64,000 bases of DNA from an uncultured cyanobacterium (GCA_963793265.1 CAWBZI010000006.1:960001-1024000); one strand, 5' to 3'. Shown: positions 49,983 to 60,688, counted from the first letter of the stretch. Numbers and translations: made by a program. The notes: a model not told the origin generated them from the letters alone.

Positions 49983-50056
49983 CGGGCCCGACGAGATTCG
50001 AACTCGCAACTTCCGCCGTGACAGGGCGGTGCTCTAACCAATTGAACTACGGGCCC
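49983..50056 (-). tRNA. trnD: tRNA-Asp(GTC)
   Basis: Reverse complement GGGCCCGTAGTTCAATTGGTTAGAGCACCGCCCTGTCACGGCGG...GTTCGAATCTCGTCGGGCCCG; anticodon GTC. Confidence 0.97.
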
Positions 50057-50103
50057 TTGCTTAGTAGAGGTCGCAGTTCTGCTCCCTTCTCAAGGCGATC
50101 TCT

Positions 50104-50132
50104 ATTGTGCGGATATGAGGACGCTTTGTCAA
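50104..50132 (-). promoter_or_regulatory. Sigma70-type promoter of tRNA-Asp
   Basis: Minus strand TTGACA (50132-50127), 17 bp spacer, CACAAT. Confidence 0.65.
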
Positions 50133-50249
50133 ACATTTTTAGGTGAAAATGTTTTGGATGGTCATAACAGTCTGAGATAGGAGAAGCGATCGCCAAAGCG
50201 ATGCTGAAGTTTTTGAACTTGCTGTAGGAAGAGGTGTAAAGAGGAATAG

Positions 50250-50507
50250 CTAGCGAACCTCTAGCCTATTAAGGCAGCGCATCAAGTTTTCTAAGGTCGC
50301 TGGGTACGAGAGGCTTTCACTCAACAACTGAATTTGATCTTCGCTTAATGATTGAACTTGCCTGTGAACGTCAGCAGGTAAGGTTCCGATACTCTTAGTC
50401 AACATACCTAGCATTAGTCTTGCAGCACCTTCCTGGCGACCTTCCTGGCGACCTTCCTGGCGACCTATTTCAATGCCTTCTTGCGTCCAGCTCGTGATGA
50501 TTTCCAC
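50250..50507 (-). CDS. Putative nested in-frame small protein (Rpn C-terminal antitoxin, 85 aa)
   Basis: AGGGAGG (50519-50513) lies 5 nt upstream of an in-frame GTG at 50507, just before the GRQE repeats. Confidence 0.55.
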   Translation of the reverse strand: MEIITSWTQEGIEIGRQEGRQEGRQEGAARLMLGMLTKSIGTLPADVHRQVQSLSEDQIQLLSESLSYPATLENLMRCLNRLEVR

Positions 50508-51194
50508 TGCCGCCTCCCTTGTTTCTTGAGTTTCTATTTGAGCTATCTCAATATTAAACGCTGTTTTCTCTTCGGGCGTAAGCTGCAAGTAAGTATCAAC
50601 AAAGCCAGAGATTAGCTGCACTCTAGCAGGATCTAACTTTAGTGTTACAAGCAAACGTAGGCACTCGGCTTTCACCTTAGGTCGATCTTTTACATTGATG
50701 TTCATTTTGGCCATAAGCGCTGAGGCTACAGGGTTCTGCTTCGTCAGAAAGTCACGCCAATTTAGCTGATTGAGCTGAATAACCCGGTAGTTAAAGCTTA
50801 AGACAGAGAAATCGGGAAAGTCGATTTTGAACTGGTTAGGCGCAGGCAGCTTTGGTTTGTCGTAGGAAAAGATCACGATGGGGTAAACCGGATAGTGATG
50901 TTTTTCGTAAAGGCGGGCGAAGTAGCGGAACATGCGCTGGCCAAAAGCAGCTTTTGAGGAGGACTGATTCTCAATGTGGATAAGGAAGAATGAAGGATTC
51001 CCGCGAAACTGAACTTGAGCGAGTAAATCGGTTTCATACTTGTCGCCTACGGTGACATCGGTAAAGATTTCTTTATCTAAAAACGTGATTGACCCAGGCT
51101 CAAGATAGCTGACAACTTCTGGTAGAAACAGCTCTAGAAATTCTACGAAGAAAGTAGAGAGCAGTTCTTTGAACAATCGGTCATGGTCAATCAT
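50250..51194 (-). CDS. Rpn family PD-(D/E)XK nuclease / putative transposase with DUF4351-like C-terminus
   Basis: DHDRLFKELL, TDLLA...IHIENQ, RMFRYF, GRQE repeats. Confidence 0.88.
   Translation of the reverse strand: MIDHDRLFKELLSTFFVEFLELFLPEVVSYLEPGSITFLDKEIFTDVTVGDKYETDLLAQVQFRGNPSFFLIHIENQSSSKAAFGQRMFRYFARLYEKHHYPVYPIVIFSYDKPKLPAPNQFKIDFPDFSVLSFNYRVIQLNQLNWRDFLTKQNPVASALMAKMNINVKDRPKVKAECLRLLVTLKLDPARVQLISGFVDTYLQLTPEEKTAFNIEIAQIETQETREAAVEIITSWTQEGIEIGRQEGRQEGRQEGAARLMLGMLTKSIGTLPADVHRQVQSLSEDQIQLLSESLSYPATLENLMRCLNRLEVR
50427..50466 (-). repeat. 12 bp coding tandem repeat (GRQE)x3
   Basis: ACCTTCCTGGCG three times, perfect. Confidence 0.9.
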
Positions 51195-51222
51195 TTTTAA
51201 TCGATGGGTTCTCTATTTCTTT

Positions 51223-52776
51223 TCAATCCCAAAATTCTTGAGCAAAGTTGACTAGCCAGTCTTTGACTCGGTAGGTGGCCTGACAGTCGTCTTCGTTGTA
51301 GCGGAGGATGGTGTTGAGATAGGTGCGATCGCCCGTCCTCAACCAGTCGTCATACCAGCAAATCGACTGCGCCCCGTTCGCGTCTTCATCACGCCACTCA
51401 AACCCCATCCACCGAGCCAAATGCTTCAGCGCATAGCTCTCTACCGGCAGCGCCACCGCATCCACAACGCGCTTATGAATGTCTACAAAGCGATCTAGCA
51501 AAACCTCTATATCGACACTGCCATTGCCGTACAGCTCAGCGAGTCTACGAACTGTTTGAGCTTCATAAGGGCAAAAGTGATAGATCGGAGCGTCTGGGTA
51601 GCTATCGACCAGTGCTAAAAACTCAAACCAGGCTGTTTCTTCAGCGTCAGGTGATTCTGCGACTAGGGCGTGGAAGGTTTCTTCTTTAGTTTCGTTGTTG
51701 ACGACTAAAACGCCGTGAAGATAGATCAGATCTTTGTCTGGGGCCGCTTCGATATCGAAGTAAAGTTCAATATCCGTGGTTGGAACTTGCTGTGGGGTGA
51801 GTAGGAACTTGCCGTTGTGAAGACGTGCGATCGCCTCTCCTGTCCACTGCGCCTGCGCCTGAAAGATCATCTTCTCCGTCACTGGCTGTTCCACATCTAG
51901 CTCATTGGCTAAATGAGTTGGCTGAGCCTGCGCCAACGCCTCAACGGTCGTTAGACCCATGGATACCAGCGTGGGATAGCGCGTTTTAGTCACGCCCGGT
52001 AATAGTGAAAGGTGACTTTGTTCTTTGGCAACCTGATAGCAATGGCTCAGCCAAGGGCACATATCGCAGCGGCTACGAGAGATAAACACCTCTGGCGACT
52101 CAGGTTGCCTCATCATGCCGTCTCGAACATCTAAGCAGTCGTCTAAAGCCTCTTGAAGCTTAGGAACGTAACGCTCCAGATTAACGGCATACTCTCGTTC
52201 TTTCAAAAGCAGCCCGGCCATATCAGGCCATACGCCCTGTGTTTCTGCCAGCACGTAAGCGCCAAAAGCCGAAACAAGCTGATACTCGGGCTTTGGCTTT
52301 TTGCCCATTTTGACGTTGTAAGGCACGTAGTACCAATCGCCCAGCCAAGACTCACCTTTACACTTCACCAGCACATCGGGCTCAGTGCGGTACAAAACAT
52401 CCCCCGGCCCCTGTGCGATCAGTACGCCACGATGGATAGACGCTACGCCTTCAGCCATCATCCTATAGGTCGCTTTAGCACCCGCTTCCCAATCGTATCG
52501 GTCAAAGACAGGACGCTCTAAAGGCTCAAACTGAGTCAGCATGGCGGCTCGATGATCAGCGCTATCTTCGCGGAGCTTTACAAAATAATCGCTGGGCGGA
52601 TCTTTCAGAGCAGCATCCCCATAGCTGTCAAGATATACGCGACGACGACAGCGATGGTAGTTAAAAAGCATGTGGTCGGTAAACCACGCTGGGCCAGATT
52701 CATTATCGTGGTGAAACTGCGGCAGACTGCCTTCGAGCTGCAAATTATCGCGCTGCGCAGTTGACAAACTGACCAA
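51223..52776 (-). CDS. TM0106 family RecB-like nuclease with C-terminal RNase H-like domain
   Basis: RCRRR, EPDVLVK, CDMCPW...C, YFDIE, ESYALK, YNEDDC motifs. Confidence 0.88.
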   Translation of the reverse strand: MVSLSTAQRDNLQLEGSLPQFHHDNESGPAWFTDHMLFNYHRCRRRVYLDSYGDAALKDPPSDYFVKLREDSADHRAAMLTQFEPLERPVFDRYDWEAGAKATYRMMAEGVASIHRGVLIAQGPGDVLYRTEPDVLVKCKGESWLGDWYYVPYNVKMGKKPKPEYQLVSAFGAYVLAETQGVWPDMAGLLLKEREYAVNLERYVPKLQEALDDCLDVRDGMMRQPESPEVFISRSRCDMCPWLSHCYQVAKEQSHLSLLPGVTKTRYPTLVSMGLTTVEALAQAQPTHLANELDVEQPVTEKMIFQAQAQWTGEAIARLHNGKFLLTPQQVPTTDIELYFDIEAAPDKDLIYLHGVLVVNNETKEETFHALVAESPDAEETAWFEFLALVDSYPDAPIYHFCPYEAQTVRRLAELYGNGSVDIEVLLDRFVDIHKRVVDAVALPVESYALKHLARWMGFEWRDEDANGAQSICWYDDWLRTGDRTYLNTILRYNEDDCQATYRVKDWLVNFAQEFWD

Positions 52777-52817
52777 AACCAGAAACTACTTTGATAGCGT
52801 AGCGTACTGAGGCGCTT

Positions 52818-53051
52818 TTAAGCACTAGCTACAACTCTAGGCTGCTGAGCAGATTCGCCGTCTTCAGCACAGTCCGCCAGGTAAATCTCAATCGTCTCTT
52901 CAAGGCTATTTTGAAGTTCATTCACTGTACGACCATAGGCACTTATCACATGGCTTTCGATGTTAACTACGCGCGCGCGTAGTAGATCGGCTTCGCGATC
53001 AATCTCAACATCAGCTACGTAACCCTTATACTCAATTTGGTTGGTCGCCAT
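52818..53051 (-). CDS. HicB-like antitoxin (short, orphan)
   Basis: EYKGYVADVE...VISAYGRTVNEL...IEIYLADC pattern; no DNA-binding tail and no adjacent hicA. Confidence 0.7.
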   Translation of the reverse strand: MATNQIEYKGYVADVEIDREADLLRARVVNIESHVISAYGRTVNELQNSLEETIEIYLADCAEDGESAQQPRVVASA

Positions 53052-53118
53052 CTTCAGTAACCCCTGCGCTATAACAATCTTCTCATGCCTACTTATGAGC
53101 GCGTTATGACTCAGATTC

Positions 53119-54252
53119 CTATCGAGCTAACAGCCCACCACTCAAACGCTTCAGCGCTTTTTGCACCATATCAGCATACTTCAGCTCGCCTGTAAAAATC
53201 TTACCCATCGCTCGCGTAGCTGAAGGCTGATTCAAGATTGCCTTATAGCTCAAGTGAGGCGCGGTATAAAAGGCTTTTGCCAACCTTGCAGCTAGCCGCA
53301 TTTCACTTCCTAGCTCAGTTGCGACAACATGTGTATAGTTTGCCAGCGCCTTAGCATTTCCATTTAACGACCGATCAATCGCTTCAGCCGCCTTTACGCC
53401 CGTAAAGATCGAGGGCCGAATGCCCTCCGCTGTAAATGGATCAACTACGCAAGCGGCCTCTCCAACGAGCAGTGCATTCTGCGCATGTAGCCGCTGATCG
53501 CCATCCCACAAGCAAACAGGATGACCGTGCTTTTGCTCTGCTGCGCCATCAACACCAAAGGCTGCTGCATAGTCCACCATGGGCTCAACTAAGTCTCTTC
53601 CTTTGCGCTGGTTTGTACAAAAAGCGCCGCTGCCGATTGAATAGCCATCGCGCTTAGGAAAATTCCAGACGTAGCCGTTTTTTAATAGGCCAAATTCAAA
53701 GTGGACAATATGTCCGTCTTCGACCGCCATCTTTGGCTCAATCTCGATGGCCCCGGCAGTGCTTGTCTTTCGCTCTGCAAAGCCCAGCCACTTTGCGACC
53801 GGGCCACGTCCGCCGTCTGCTGCGATTAAGTATTTGCCTTCAAAAGTTTCATTCTCGCTGGTGCTTACCTGCCAGCGATCGCTCACAAACTCAATACCCG
53901 TCGCCTTAGTCTCGTCGCGCAAGACCGCGCCTTTCTGCTGAGCCTGCTGCACAATGTAATGATCAAATTCGTTACGCCGCACCATCCAAATATCAGTGCC
54001 CAAGTCAGCTTCTATCACCTCGCCTAGCTTCCAGGTGTAGCGAGCCCGCGTGACCTTTTGAGAAATCACGGGCTCAAAGCTGAAGTCGAACCACTGCGCA
54101 ATTTCGGGAGAAACGCCGCCGCCGCAGGGCTTGTACCTGGGTAGCGAGGCTTTTTCTAGCAGCAGGACGGTGTGGCCTTGCTTACTTAGATGATAGGCAG
54201 CGCTCGCGCCCGCAGGCCCCGCGCCTACGATAATGCAGTCGTATAGTGGCAT
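53119..54252 (-). CDS. Geranylgeranyl reductase family FAD-dependent oxidoreductase
   Basis: GAGPAG, RYKPCGGG, AADG, GYVWNFPK, DPFTAEGI motifs; start at 54252 or 54276. Confidence 0.88.
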   Translation of the reverse strand: MPLYDCIIVGAGPAGASAAYHLSKQGHTVLLLEKASLPRYKPCGGGVSPEIAQWFDFSFEPVISQKVTRARYTWKLGEVIEADLGTDIWMVRRNEFDHYIVQQAQQKGAVLRDETKATGIEFVSDRWQVSTSENETFEGKYLIAADGGRGPVAKWLGFAERKTSTAGAIEIEPKMAVEDGHIVHFEFGLLKNGYVWNFPKRDGYSIGSGAFCTNQRKGRDLVEPMVDYAAAFGVDGAAEQKHGHPVCLWDGDQRLHAQNALLVGEAACVVDPFTAEGIRPSIFTGVKAAEAIDRSLNGNAKALANYTHVVATELGSEMRLAARLAKAFYTAPHLSYKAILNQPSATRAMGKIFTGELKYADMVQKALKRLSGGLLAR

Positions 54253-54305
54253 GTCCCAAGGCTCTTGATAGTCCATATCAAGTTTACCCGGTACGCGATC
54301 GCTCC

Positions 54306-54887
54306 CTACTGACAGGCCAGCACTATCCGACTGACTGATTCTGCGACAACATCTAAGTTCAGCGCGCAGCTACCCATCGAAGGCGCAGCATAGATCGCTC
54401 GCTGACTACCGCCTGATGGCACTAAAGCAGTGAAGCCTAGCGTGTCGAATACAAGATCGATAGAGTCGCCAGGACACACGCCAGAGGGCGTACAGAACTT
54501 AGGGGAGGTGGCGATAATGTCCCAGACCATTCCGCCTGAGAGGGCGACAGAAATACCGCCGTAATAGAGTATTTCATCTATGTAGGAAGTGGGGCTAATT
54601 TCTCGACTTTTTGGGGGCCCTAGCAGGCTATAGACTTCGGATTCGGTGGTGTTGAGGGTGAGTCCTGAGAGGTTGAGTTCGCCTGCGTAGACGGTACCTT
54701 TTGTGAAAGATTTAGTGAGGGCAGGTTTGCTGGTGGTGAGGTCGGGGAGGAGGGGTGTGGGATCTAGGGCGATCGCAGGAAGTGCGATCGCCATTGCGCT
54801 AACGACGGCACAGAAAAACGGATTCGTTAGCTGACGGCAGACTGTAGATGCAGATGCGGACATGACGCTTGCCTTATGTAGATGCAA
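54306..54887 (-). CDS. Hypothetical exported protein (start uncertain)
   Basis: Signal-like segment ending AIA-LD, followed by a LLGPP / TPSGVCPGDS beta-type domain. Confidence 0.6.
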   Translation of the reverse strand: MHLHKASVMSASASTVCRQLTNPFFCAVVSAMAIALPAIALDPTPLLPDLTTSKPALTKSFTKGTVYAGELNLSGLTLNTTESEVYSLLGPPKSREISPTSYIDEILYYGGISVALSGGMVWDIIATSPKFCTPSGVCPGDSIDLVFDTLGFTALVPSGGSQRAIYAAPSMGSCALNLDVVAESVSRIVLACQ

Positions 54888-55120
54888 TTTATGTCTTTAT
54901 TAATCATCTACGCAACTATACGTAGAAGCTCAACAAATAGTGGTATCTTATCGAACATTGACGTCGCAAAAATGGATTAGTTTCTGATGTTTGTGATCTA
55001 GATCATTGCAATAAGTTAAAACCAATTAATCAGCTCCGCCAATGAAGATTACTGGATTTTAGTGGATGCCGTTCACAATCGGGTTGAGGGGTAACGCTTC
55101 TATTTACAACTATCAACAAC

Positions 55121-55154
55121 AAAGCCCCCGCTGAAATCAATCAGCAGGGGCTTT
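55121..55154 (-). terminator. Terminator after tkt
   Basis: AAAGCCCC...GCTGA-loop-TCAGC...GGGGCTTT stem. Confidence 0.75.
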
Positions 55155-55198
55155 ATTAGTCTAGACTTCGCTTGTGCTAAACCGTCTTACAAACTGTC

Positions 55199-57199
55199 TT
55201 ATAGGGCCTTCGCACGAGACACAACGTTATCGATGGTGTAGCCGAACTTCTCCATCACCACGCCACCCGGAGCCGAAGCACCAAAGGTATCTACGGCAAT
55301 CATGTCGCCTTCATCACCGAAGTACTTAGCCCAGCCGAAGCTGCTCATGGCTTCTACAACCAGGCGCTTCTTGACAGCTTTAGGCAGCACAGACTCTTTG
55401 TAAGCAGCGTCTTGCTCTTCGTATAGCTTCCAGCAAGGCATCGACACCACGCGAACTTTTTTGCCTTCGCCACGTAGCTTTTCAGCCGCGTCTTCGCAGA
55501 GCTGAACTTCGCTACCTGTACCGATCAAGATAATCTCAGGCGTACCGTCCGAATCGGACATGACGTAAGCGCCTTTGGCAACAGCATCAATAGATGAGCC
55601 GGGAAGGTTGCGCAGTCCTTGGCGTGAGAAGCACATCAGCGTAGGCGCTTTGCGCTTGTTCACAGCAATTTTGTACGCACCCGAGGTTTCGTTGCCATCA
55701 GCAGGGCGGATGACGTAAAGATTAGGGATAGCGCGCAAAGAAGCGACCGTTTCTACAGGCTGATGTGTGGGGCCGTCTTCACCGAGGCCGATGGAGTCGT
55801 GCGTCATGACGTAGATGACACCGGCTTCGGAAAGAGCAGAAAGGCGAATTGCGCCGCGCATGTAGTCGGTGAAGACGAGGAATGTTGCGCAGTAAGGAAT
55901 AAGGCCGCTGTTGTGCAGGGCGATGCCGTTACAGATTGCGCCCATGCCGTGCTCACGAACGCCGAAGTGAATGTTCCGATTCTCGTAAGCGCCTTTTTGA
56001 TAGTCGCCAGAGATTTTTAGCTCGGTGAGGTTAGAGTGCGTCAAATCAGCAGAGCCACCAATGAGTTCTGGCAAAACAGGAGCTAGGGCATTGAGCGTAA
56101 CTTCAGAGTTCTTACGAGTCGCCAGCGCCTTGTCGTCAGGGGTGTAAGTAGGCAGGGCATCTTCCCAACCGTCGGGTAGCTTGCCAGAGATGAACCGCTC
56201 GAATTCTTTAGCTTCTTCAGCGTACTTAGTGCGGTAGGTGGCCAGCGTTTTGTCCCACTCAGCTTCAGAGCTAGCGCCTTTGTCGATGGCCTGACGGTAG
56301 CGGCTAAGCGCATCTTCAGGGATCTCGAAGAAGTCGTACTTCCAGTCAAGGTTTTCGCGCGTGGCAATGGTTTCTTCGTCGCCTAACATTGCGCCGTGAA
56401 TGCCGCCTGTGCCCGCTCGGTTTGGAGAGCCGTAACCAATCGTCGTGGTCACTTTGATCATGGTCGGCTTGTCGGTGACTTTTTTGGCTTCAGCGATCGC
56501 CTTCTCAATCGCATCCAAATCACTATTGCCATCTTCTACATGCAAAACATGCCAGCCATACGCCTCAAAGCGCTTGCTCACATCTTCAGTAAAGGCAATA
56601 TCAGTAGAGCCATCAATGGAAATATGGTTGTCGTCGTATAGCGCAATCAGCTTACCGAGGCCCAAGTGACCGGCCAAAGAGCAAGCCTCGCCCGAAATAC
56701 CCTCCATATTACAGCCGTCGCCCATGATGGTGTAGGTGTAGTGGTCTACAACTGTGCAGTCAGGCTTGTTGAACTTAGCGGCCAAATGCGCCTCAGCCAT
56801 CGCCAGGCCAACTGCGTTACAAATGCCCTGCCCCAAGGGGCCAGTGGTGACTTCAACACCGGGCGTTTCAAAGTTCTCAGGGTGCCCAGGCGTCGTAGAG
56901 CCCCACTGTCTGAACTGTTTGATATCGTCAATGCTTACGCTGTCGTAGCCCGTGAGATACAGCATGGCGTACTGCAACATGCAGCCGTGACCTGCTGAAA
57001 GCACGAATCTGTCGCGGTTAAACCACTGAGGATTTTTGGGGTTGTGGCGAATGAATTTGTCCCACAGTACAAAAGACATGGGAGCCGCGCCCATGGGTAG
57101 GCCAGGGTGGCCCGACTTAGATTTGTTTACAGCGTCAATTGCCAAAAATCTAATGGAATTTATGCACAGCGTTTCAAGTGATTGAGTTGCGACAGCCAT
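55199..57199 (-). CDS. tkt: Transketolase
   Basis: [28 protein letters not shown] motifs. Confidence 0.98.
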   Translation of the reverse strand: MAVATQSLETLCINSIRFLAIDAVNKSKSGHPGLPMGAAPMSFVLWDKFIRHNPKNPQWFNRDRFVLSAGHGCMLQYAMLYLTGYDSVSIDDIKQFRQWGSTTPGHPENFETPGVEVTTGPLGQGICNAVGLAMAEAHLAAKFNKPDCTVVDHYTYTIMGDGCNMEGISGEACSLAGHLGLGKLIALYDDNHISIDGSTDIAFTEDVSKRFEAYGWHVLHVEDGNSDLDAIEKAIAEAKKVTDKPTMIKVTTTIGYGSPNRAGTGGIHGAMLGDEETIATRENLDWKYDFFEIPEDALSRYRQAIDKGASSEAEWDKTLATYRTKYAEEAKEFERFISGKLPDGWEDALPTYTPDDKALATRKNSEVTLNALAPVLPELIGGSADLTHSNLTELKISGDYQKGAYENRNIHFGVREHGMGAICNGIALHNSGLIPYCATFLVFTDYMRGAIRLSALSEAGVIYVMTHDSIGLGEDGPTHQPVETVASLRAIPNLYVIRPADGNETSGAYKIAVNKRKAPTLMCFSRQGLRNLPGSSIDAVAKGAYVMSDSDGTPEIILIGTGSEVQLCEDAAEKLRGEGKKVRVVSMPCWKLYEEQDAAYKESVLPKAVKKRLVVEAMSSFGWAKYFGDEGDMIAVDTFGASAPGGVVMEKFGYTIDNVVSRAKAL

Positions 57200-57643
57200 A
57201 GCCTTTCTTTTGTAAGGGGACAGTTTTTAGAAGCATTAAAGGTAGAGTGCGATCGCTCTACCTTATTTGAAAGCTCATTGAAAAGTGTTAGTTCAGAAGC
57301 ATCAGTTGGGAGCCATGCTCTCACTTCAACATGAGCATAAAAGTAGGATGAGGTGAGAACTAGCGGTGAGTCAAACGGCAAAGCTTAAGTTAGGTCATTA
57401 TACCTACGAATTTGTAACATCCACGACTGTTTGCAGCAGCTTTGTTTGATACCAGCTTAGCGGTCAGCGATGATACAGACAACGAAAAAGTCAGTGCGCT
57501 AAAAGTACCGAAATCTAGTCATTAAGGGCGCTCAAGCTATGGTAGCAACCAACTTTTCAGCCTTCAAGCACAGATTAAAATGTCTTGAAAACTTGATTTA
57601 TTCGCTAGATTGCTCTGATTGAACGGCTCTATGCTAAATCGCA

Positions 57644-58894
57644 CTACTTATACTTTCTGAAGGCCAGCGTGACGTTGTGTCCGCCAAAACCAAACGAGTT
57701 AGAAAGCGCGACATCTACTAGCTGATCTCGGCTTTTATGCGCCACGTAGTCCAGATCGCAGGCCGGATCGGGATTGACTAGATTAATCGTCGGCGGAACC
57801 TTGCCGTTAGCAACCGCCATTGCCGCTGCAACACCTTCAATACCGCCCGAACCGCCGAGCAAATGTCCCGTCATGCTTTTAGTAGAGCTAACCGTGATTT
57901 TGTAAGCATGATCGCCAAGTACCGTTTTGATAGCCGCCGTCTCGTTAGGGTCGTTTACAGGGGTGCTAGTGCCATGAGCATTTACATAGCTCACGTCAGT
58001 GGGCGATAGTCCACCGTCTTTGAGTGCCATCCGAATGGCCCGAGTCGCACCTTCACCTTCAGGGGCAATGCCAGTCATGTGGTAGGCATCGCAGCTCATG
58101 CCGTAGCCCACTATTTCGGCGTAAATACGTGCGCCTCTACTCAGCGCATGCTCCAGCTCTTCTAAAATTAAGATGCCGCAGCCTTCGCCTAAAACGAAGC
58201 CATCGCGGTCTTTATCAAACGGGCGGCTAGCGTGATCGGGGTCATCGTTGCGAGTAGACATGGCCCGCATCGCGGAGAAGCCACCGAAGGTTAAAGGCGT
58301 GACGGCAGACTCGCTACCGCCACAGATCATCGCTTGAGCGTAGCCGTTTTGAACCAGTCGAAAAGCGTCACCAATAGCGTTAGAGCCTGCCGCACAGGCG
58401 GTCACCGGGCAAGAGTTTGGCCCTTTCGCGCCGACTTGAATAGCGGTAAGGCCAGCAGCCATATTCGCAATCATCATCGGAATCATGAAGGGGCTACAGC
58501 GGCTAGGGCCTCGGTTGAGGTAAATTTCCTGCTGGTCTTCCATGACTTTGATGCCGCCGACGCCCGTGCCGATCATGACGCCAATTTGTTCGGCGTTAAG
58601 GTCGGTGATTTCGAGCTTGGCGTCGGCTAAAGCCATTTTACTGGTGGCGATCGCAAAGTGCGCAAACCGAGCCGAGCGCTTAACGTCTTTACGATCCATA
58701 AAGTCAAGCGGGTCAAACCCTTTGACTTCGCCCGCAATTTGGCTACCGTGCTGTGAAGCATCAAAAGCAGTAATAGGGCCAATACCGCTTTTGCCGGTCA
58801 TAAGCCCCTGCCAGTAAGCCTCCAGGGTATTACCAATCGGCGTTATCGCGCCTAACCCAGTAATGACAACACGCTTTTTCTCTAAATTAGACAT
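57644..58894 (-). CDS. fabF: Beta-ketoacyl-ACP synthase II
   Basis: RVVITG, TACAAG, NAHGTST, GHLLG, SNSFGFGG motifs; the ATG at 58894 is preferred. Confidence 0.97.
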   Translation of the reverse strand: MSNLEKKRVVITGLGAITPIGNTLEAYWQGLMTGKSGIGPITAFDASQHGSQIAGEVKGFDPLDFMDRKDVKRSARFAHFAIATSKMALADAKLEITDLNAEQIGVMIGTGVGGIKVMEDQQEIYLNRGPSRCSPFMIPMMIANMAAGLTAIQVGAKGPNSCPVTACAAGSNAIGDAFRLVQNGYAQAMICGGSESAVTPLTFGGFSAMRAMSTRNDDPDHASRPFDKDRDGFVLGEGCGILILEELEHALSRGARIYAEIVGYGMSCDAYHMTGIAPEGEGATRAIRMALKDGGLSPTDVSYVNAHGTSTPVNDPNETAAIKTVLGDHAYKITVSSTKSMTGHLLGGSGGIEGVAAAMAVANGKVPPTINLVNPDPACDLDYVAHKSRDQLVDVALSNSFGFGGHNVTLAFRKYK

Positions 58895-59092
58895 AGTTCT
58901 AAAGGGCAACGGGGGCTATGGCTTGCCGCCAAAGATTGTGATTGAAGCCATAGGATCAAATTTTAATTGAGCCATTGGCCACTGACACCTAACTTAGGCA
59001 AGTGTTGTGGCCTTGGATGTACTTACCTTTAACATCTAAATAGACCCCCTTAACTGTGGCCGCAGCAGCAAGGGTCTAATCACGATGCAGCG

Positions 59093-59332
59093 CTAAGCAG
59101 CTTTCGACTTGATGAAATCGACGGCTGCTTGCACGGTGCTAATGCTTTCAGCCGACTCGTCGGGGATTTCAATATCAAATTCTTCTTCTAGGGCCATCAC
59201 TAGCTCAACGGTATCGAGAGAGTCAGCGCCTAAGTCATTAGCGAAGTTAGCCTCTGGCTTTACTTCAGCTTCGTCTACACCCAACTGTTCAGAAACAATT
59301 TTCTGAACCTTTCCTAAAATGTCGTCACTCAT
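59093..59332 (-). CDS. acpP: Acyl carrier protein
   Basis: [14 protein letters not shown]; start at the ATG at 59332 with GGAAGG upstream. Confidence 0.97.
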   Translation of the reverse strand: MSDDILGKVQKIVSEQLGVDEAEVKPEANFANDLGADSLDTVELVMALEEEFDIEIPDESAESISTVQAAVDFIKSKAA

Positions 59333-59684
59333 TACTGTACTTACCTTCCAACAGCGGCAAAAAGCGCAAAAAAATAAACCCAACTTGGAATGTAAGGTGT
59401 AGCGATCGCCACGCTTACAAATCTCCAAATTTAGGTTTCATCATCTTATAGGAAAGCGTGACCCCTCGAAATTTTCTCGTCATCCTGCCGGGTTTGCAGA
59501 GCGCTGCCAAAAGAGAGTAGAGCCTCAGCAAGTATTACATTCCATAAATTTTTACCTATGAAAGTGTCGGATCACCTGTCACCACGGGATAAACTGCGGT
59601 GTGGGTTAGAGTCGCTGAAGGCATCTTAAACAAGCCTGCGCCTCCTCATAGCCTGCAAGAGAGGACTAGCGACACCAAGGCTAG

Positions 59685-59966
<282 letters not shown>

Positions 59967-60080
59967 GCTATCTGTTGAACAAGATTTAAAGGCTGAAGCG
60001 CTGAGTGCCCTAGCAAACGTTTTCTTGTGATGAGGGAAATGTAATAGGCCATTAGTGAGCTTCTTGCTTTTCAAGACTAG

Positions 60081-60130
60081 AAAATCCCTCGTTGAAGTCT
60101 GTGTAGTGACAGATATCAGCGGGGGATTTT
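60081..60130 (+). terminator. Terminator after psaC
   Basis: AAAATCCCTCGTTGA...TCAGCGGGGGATTTT long stem. Confidence 0.75.
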
Positions 60131-60170
60131 GATTTAAATAAAAATACTTCGGCTAAAGGGGTTTCTCGTT

Positions 60171-60485
60171 TTAACTGGCCGTTGCCATAAGTCCTTTCAT
60201 CCAAGCCTCACGGCCATAGACGCCCGATAGCAGGTCGGCAACTTTAAAGGCTTGATCTAGCTCATCCCATAAAATGTACTGCCCGCCACCATAGACCTCG
60301 ACAGTAGATAGTTGCTGATCTGAAACGTCTACAAGCGGCACCCAACCATCTTGTGACAACTTAACCATCTCTAGCAAACGAACTGGCCAGGCATGTCGAG
60401 AGCCATCATTTAGAGTCACAATCACTTCTCTGGCATCGGCTTTGTAGATAACACTCTTCGCTAGTTTTAAGGCTTCGTTATTCAT
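60171..60485 (-). CDS. DUF2442 family protein (putative antitoxin)
   Basis: IVTLNDG...QLSTVEV.GGG..ILWDELD...V..LL.GVYG..AWM pattern. The ATG at 60485 is preferred; the longer ORF reads through a repeat element. Confidence 0.75.
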   Translation of the reverse strand: MNNEALKLAKSVIYKADAREVIVTLNDGSRHAWPVRLLEMVKLSQDGWVPLVDVSDQQLSTVEVYGGGQYILWDELDQAFKVADLLSGVYGREAWMKGLMATAS

Positions 60486-60553
60486 AGAATTGCTCAGCGT
60501 TGTCTTTTGTTTGAGTGAGTAGAGGCGCGTAGTCAAACTAAGGATGAAACATC

Positions 60554-60688
60554 GCTCACTGCATTGCCCCCCAGCCCCCACTTTGGGGGAGCACCGCTGA
60601 TCCAGAACGTTTTGTTCTCCTAAGCAGTATCGGTTCAGCACGTCTTGCCTCAGAGCCCCAAAGTGGGGACGGGGGCAATGCAGTGAGC
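60554..60688. repeat. 135 bp element bounded by long inverted repeats (MITE/REP-doublet-like)
   Basis: Perfect 18 bp IR GCTCACTGCATTGCCCCC (60554-60571 / 60671-60688) plus an inner 13 bp IR CCCCACTTTGGGG (60576-60588 / 60656-60668). Confidence 0.8.

Noticed and set aside
59333..59428. Cys-rich N-terminal extension of AcpP
   Set aside because: An upstream in-frame TTG artefact; the ATG at 59332 has a ribosome-binding site and gives a normal-length ACP.
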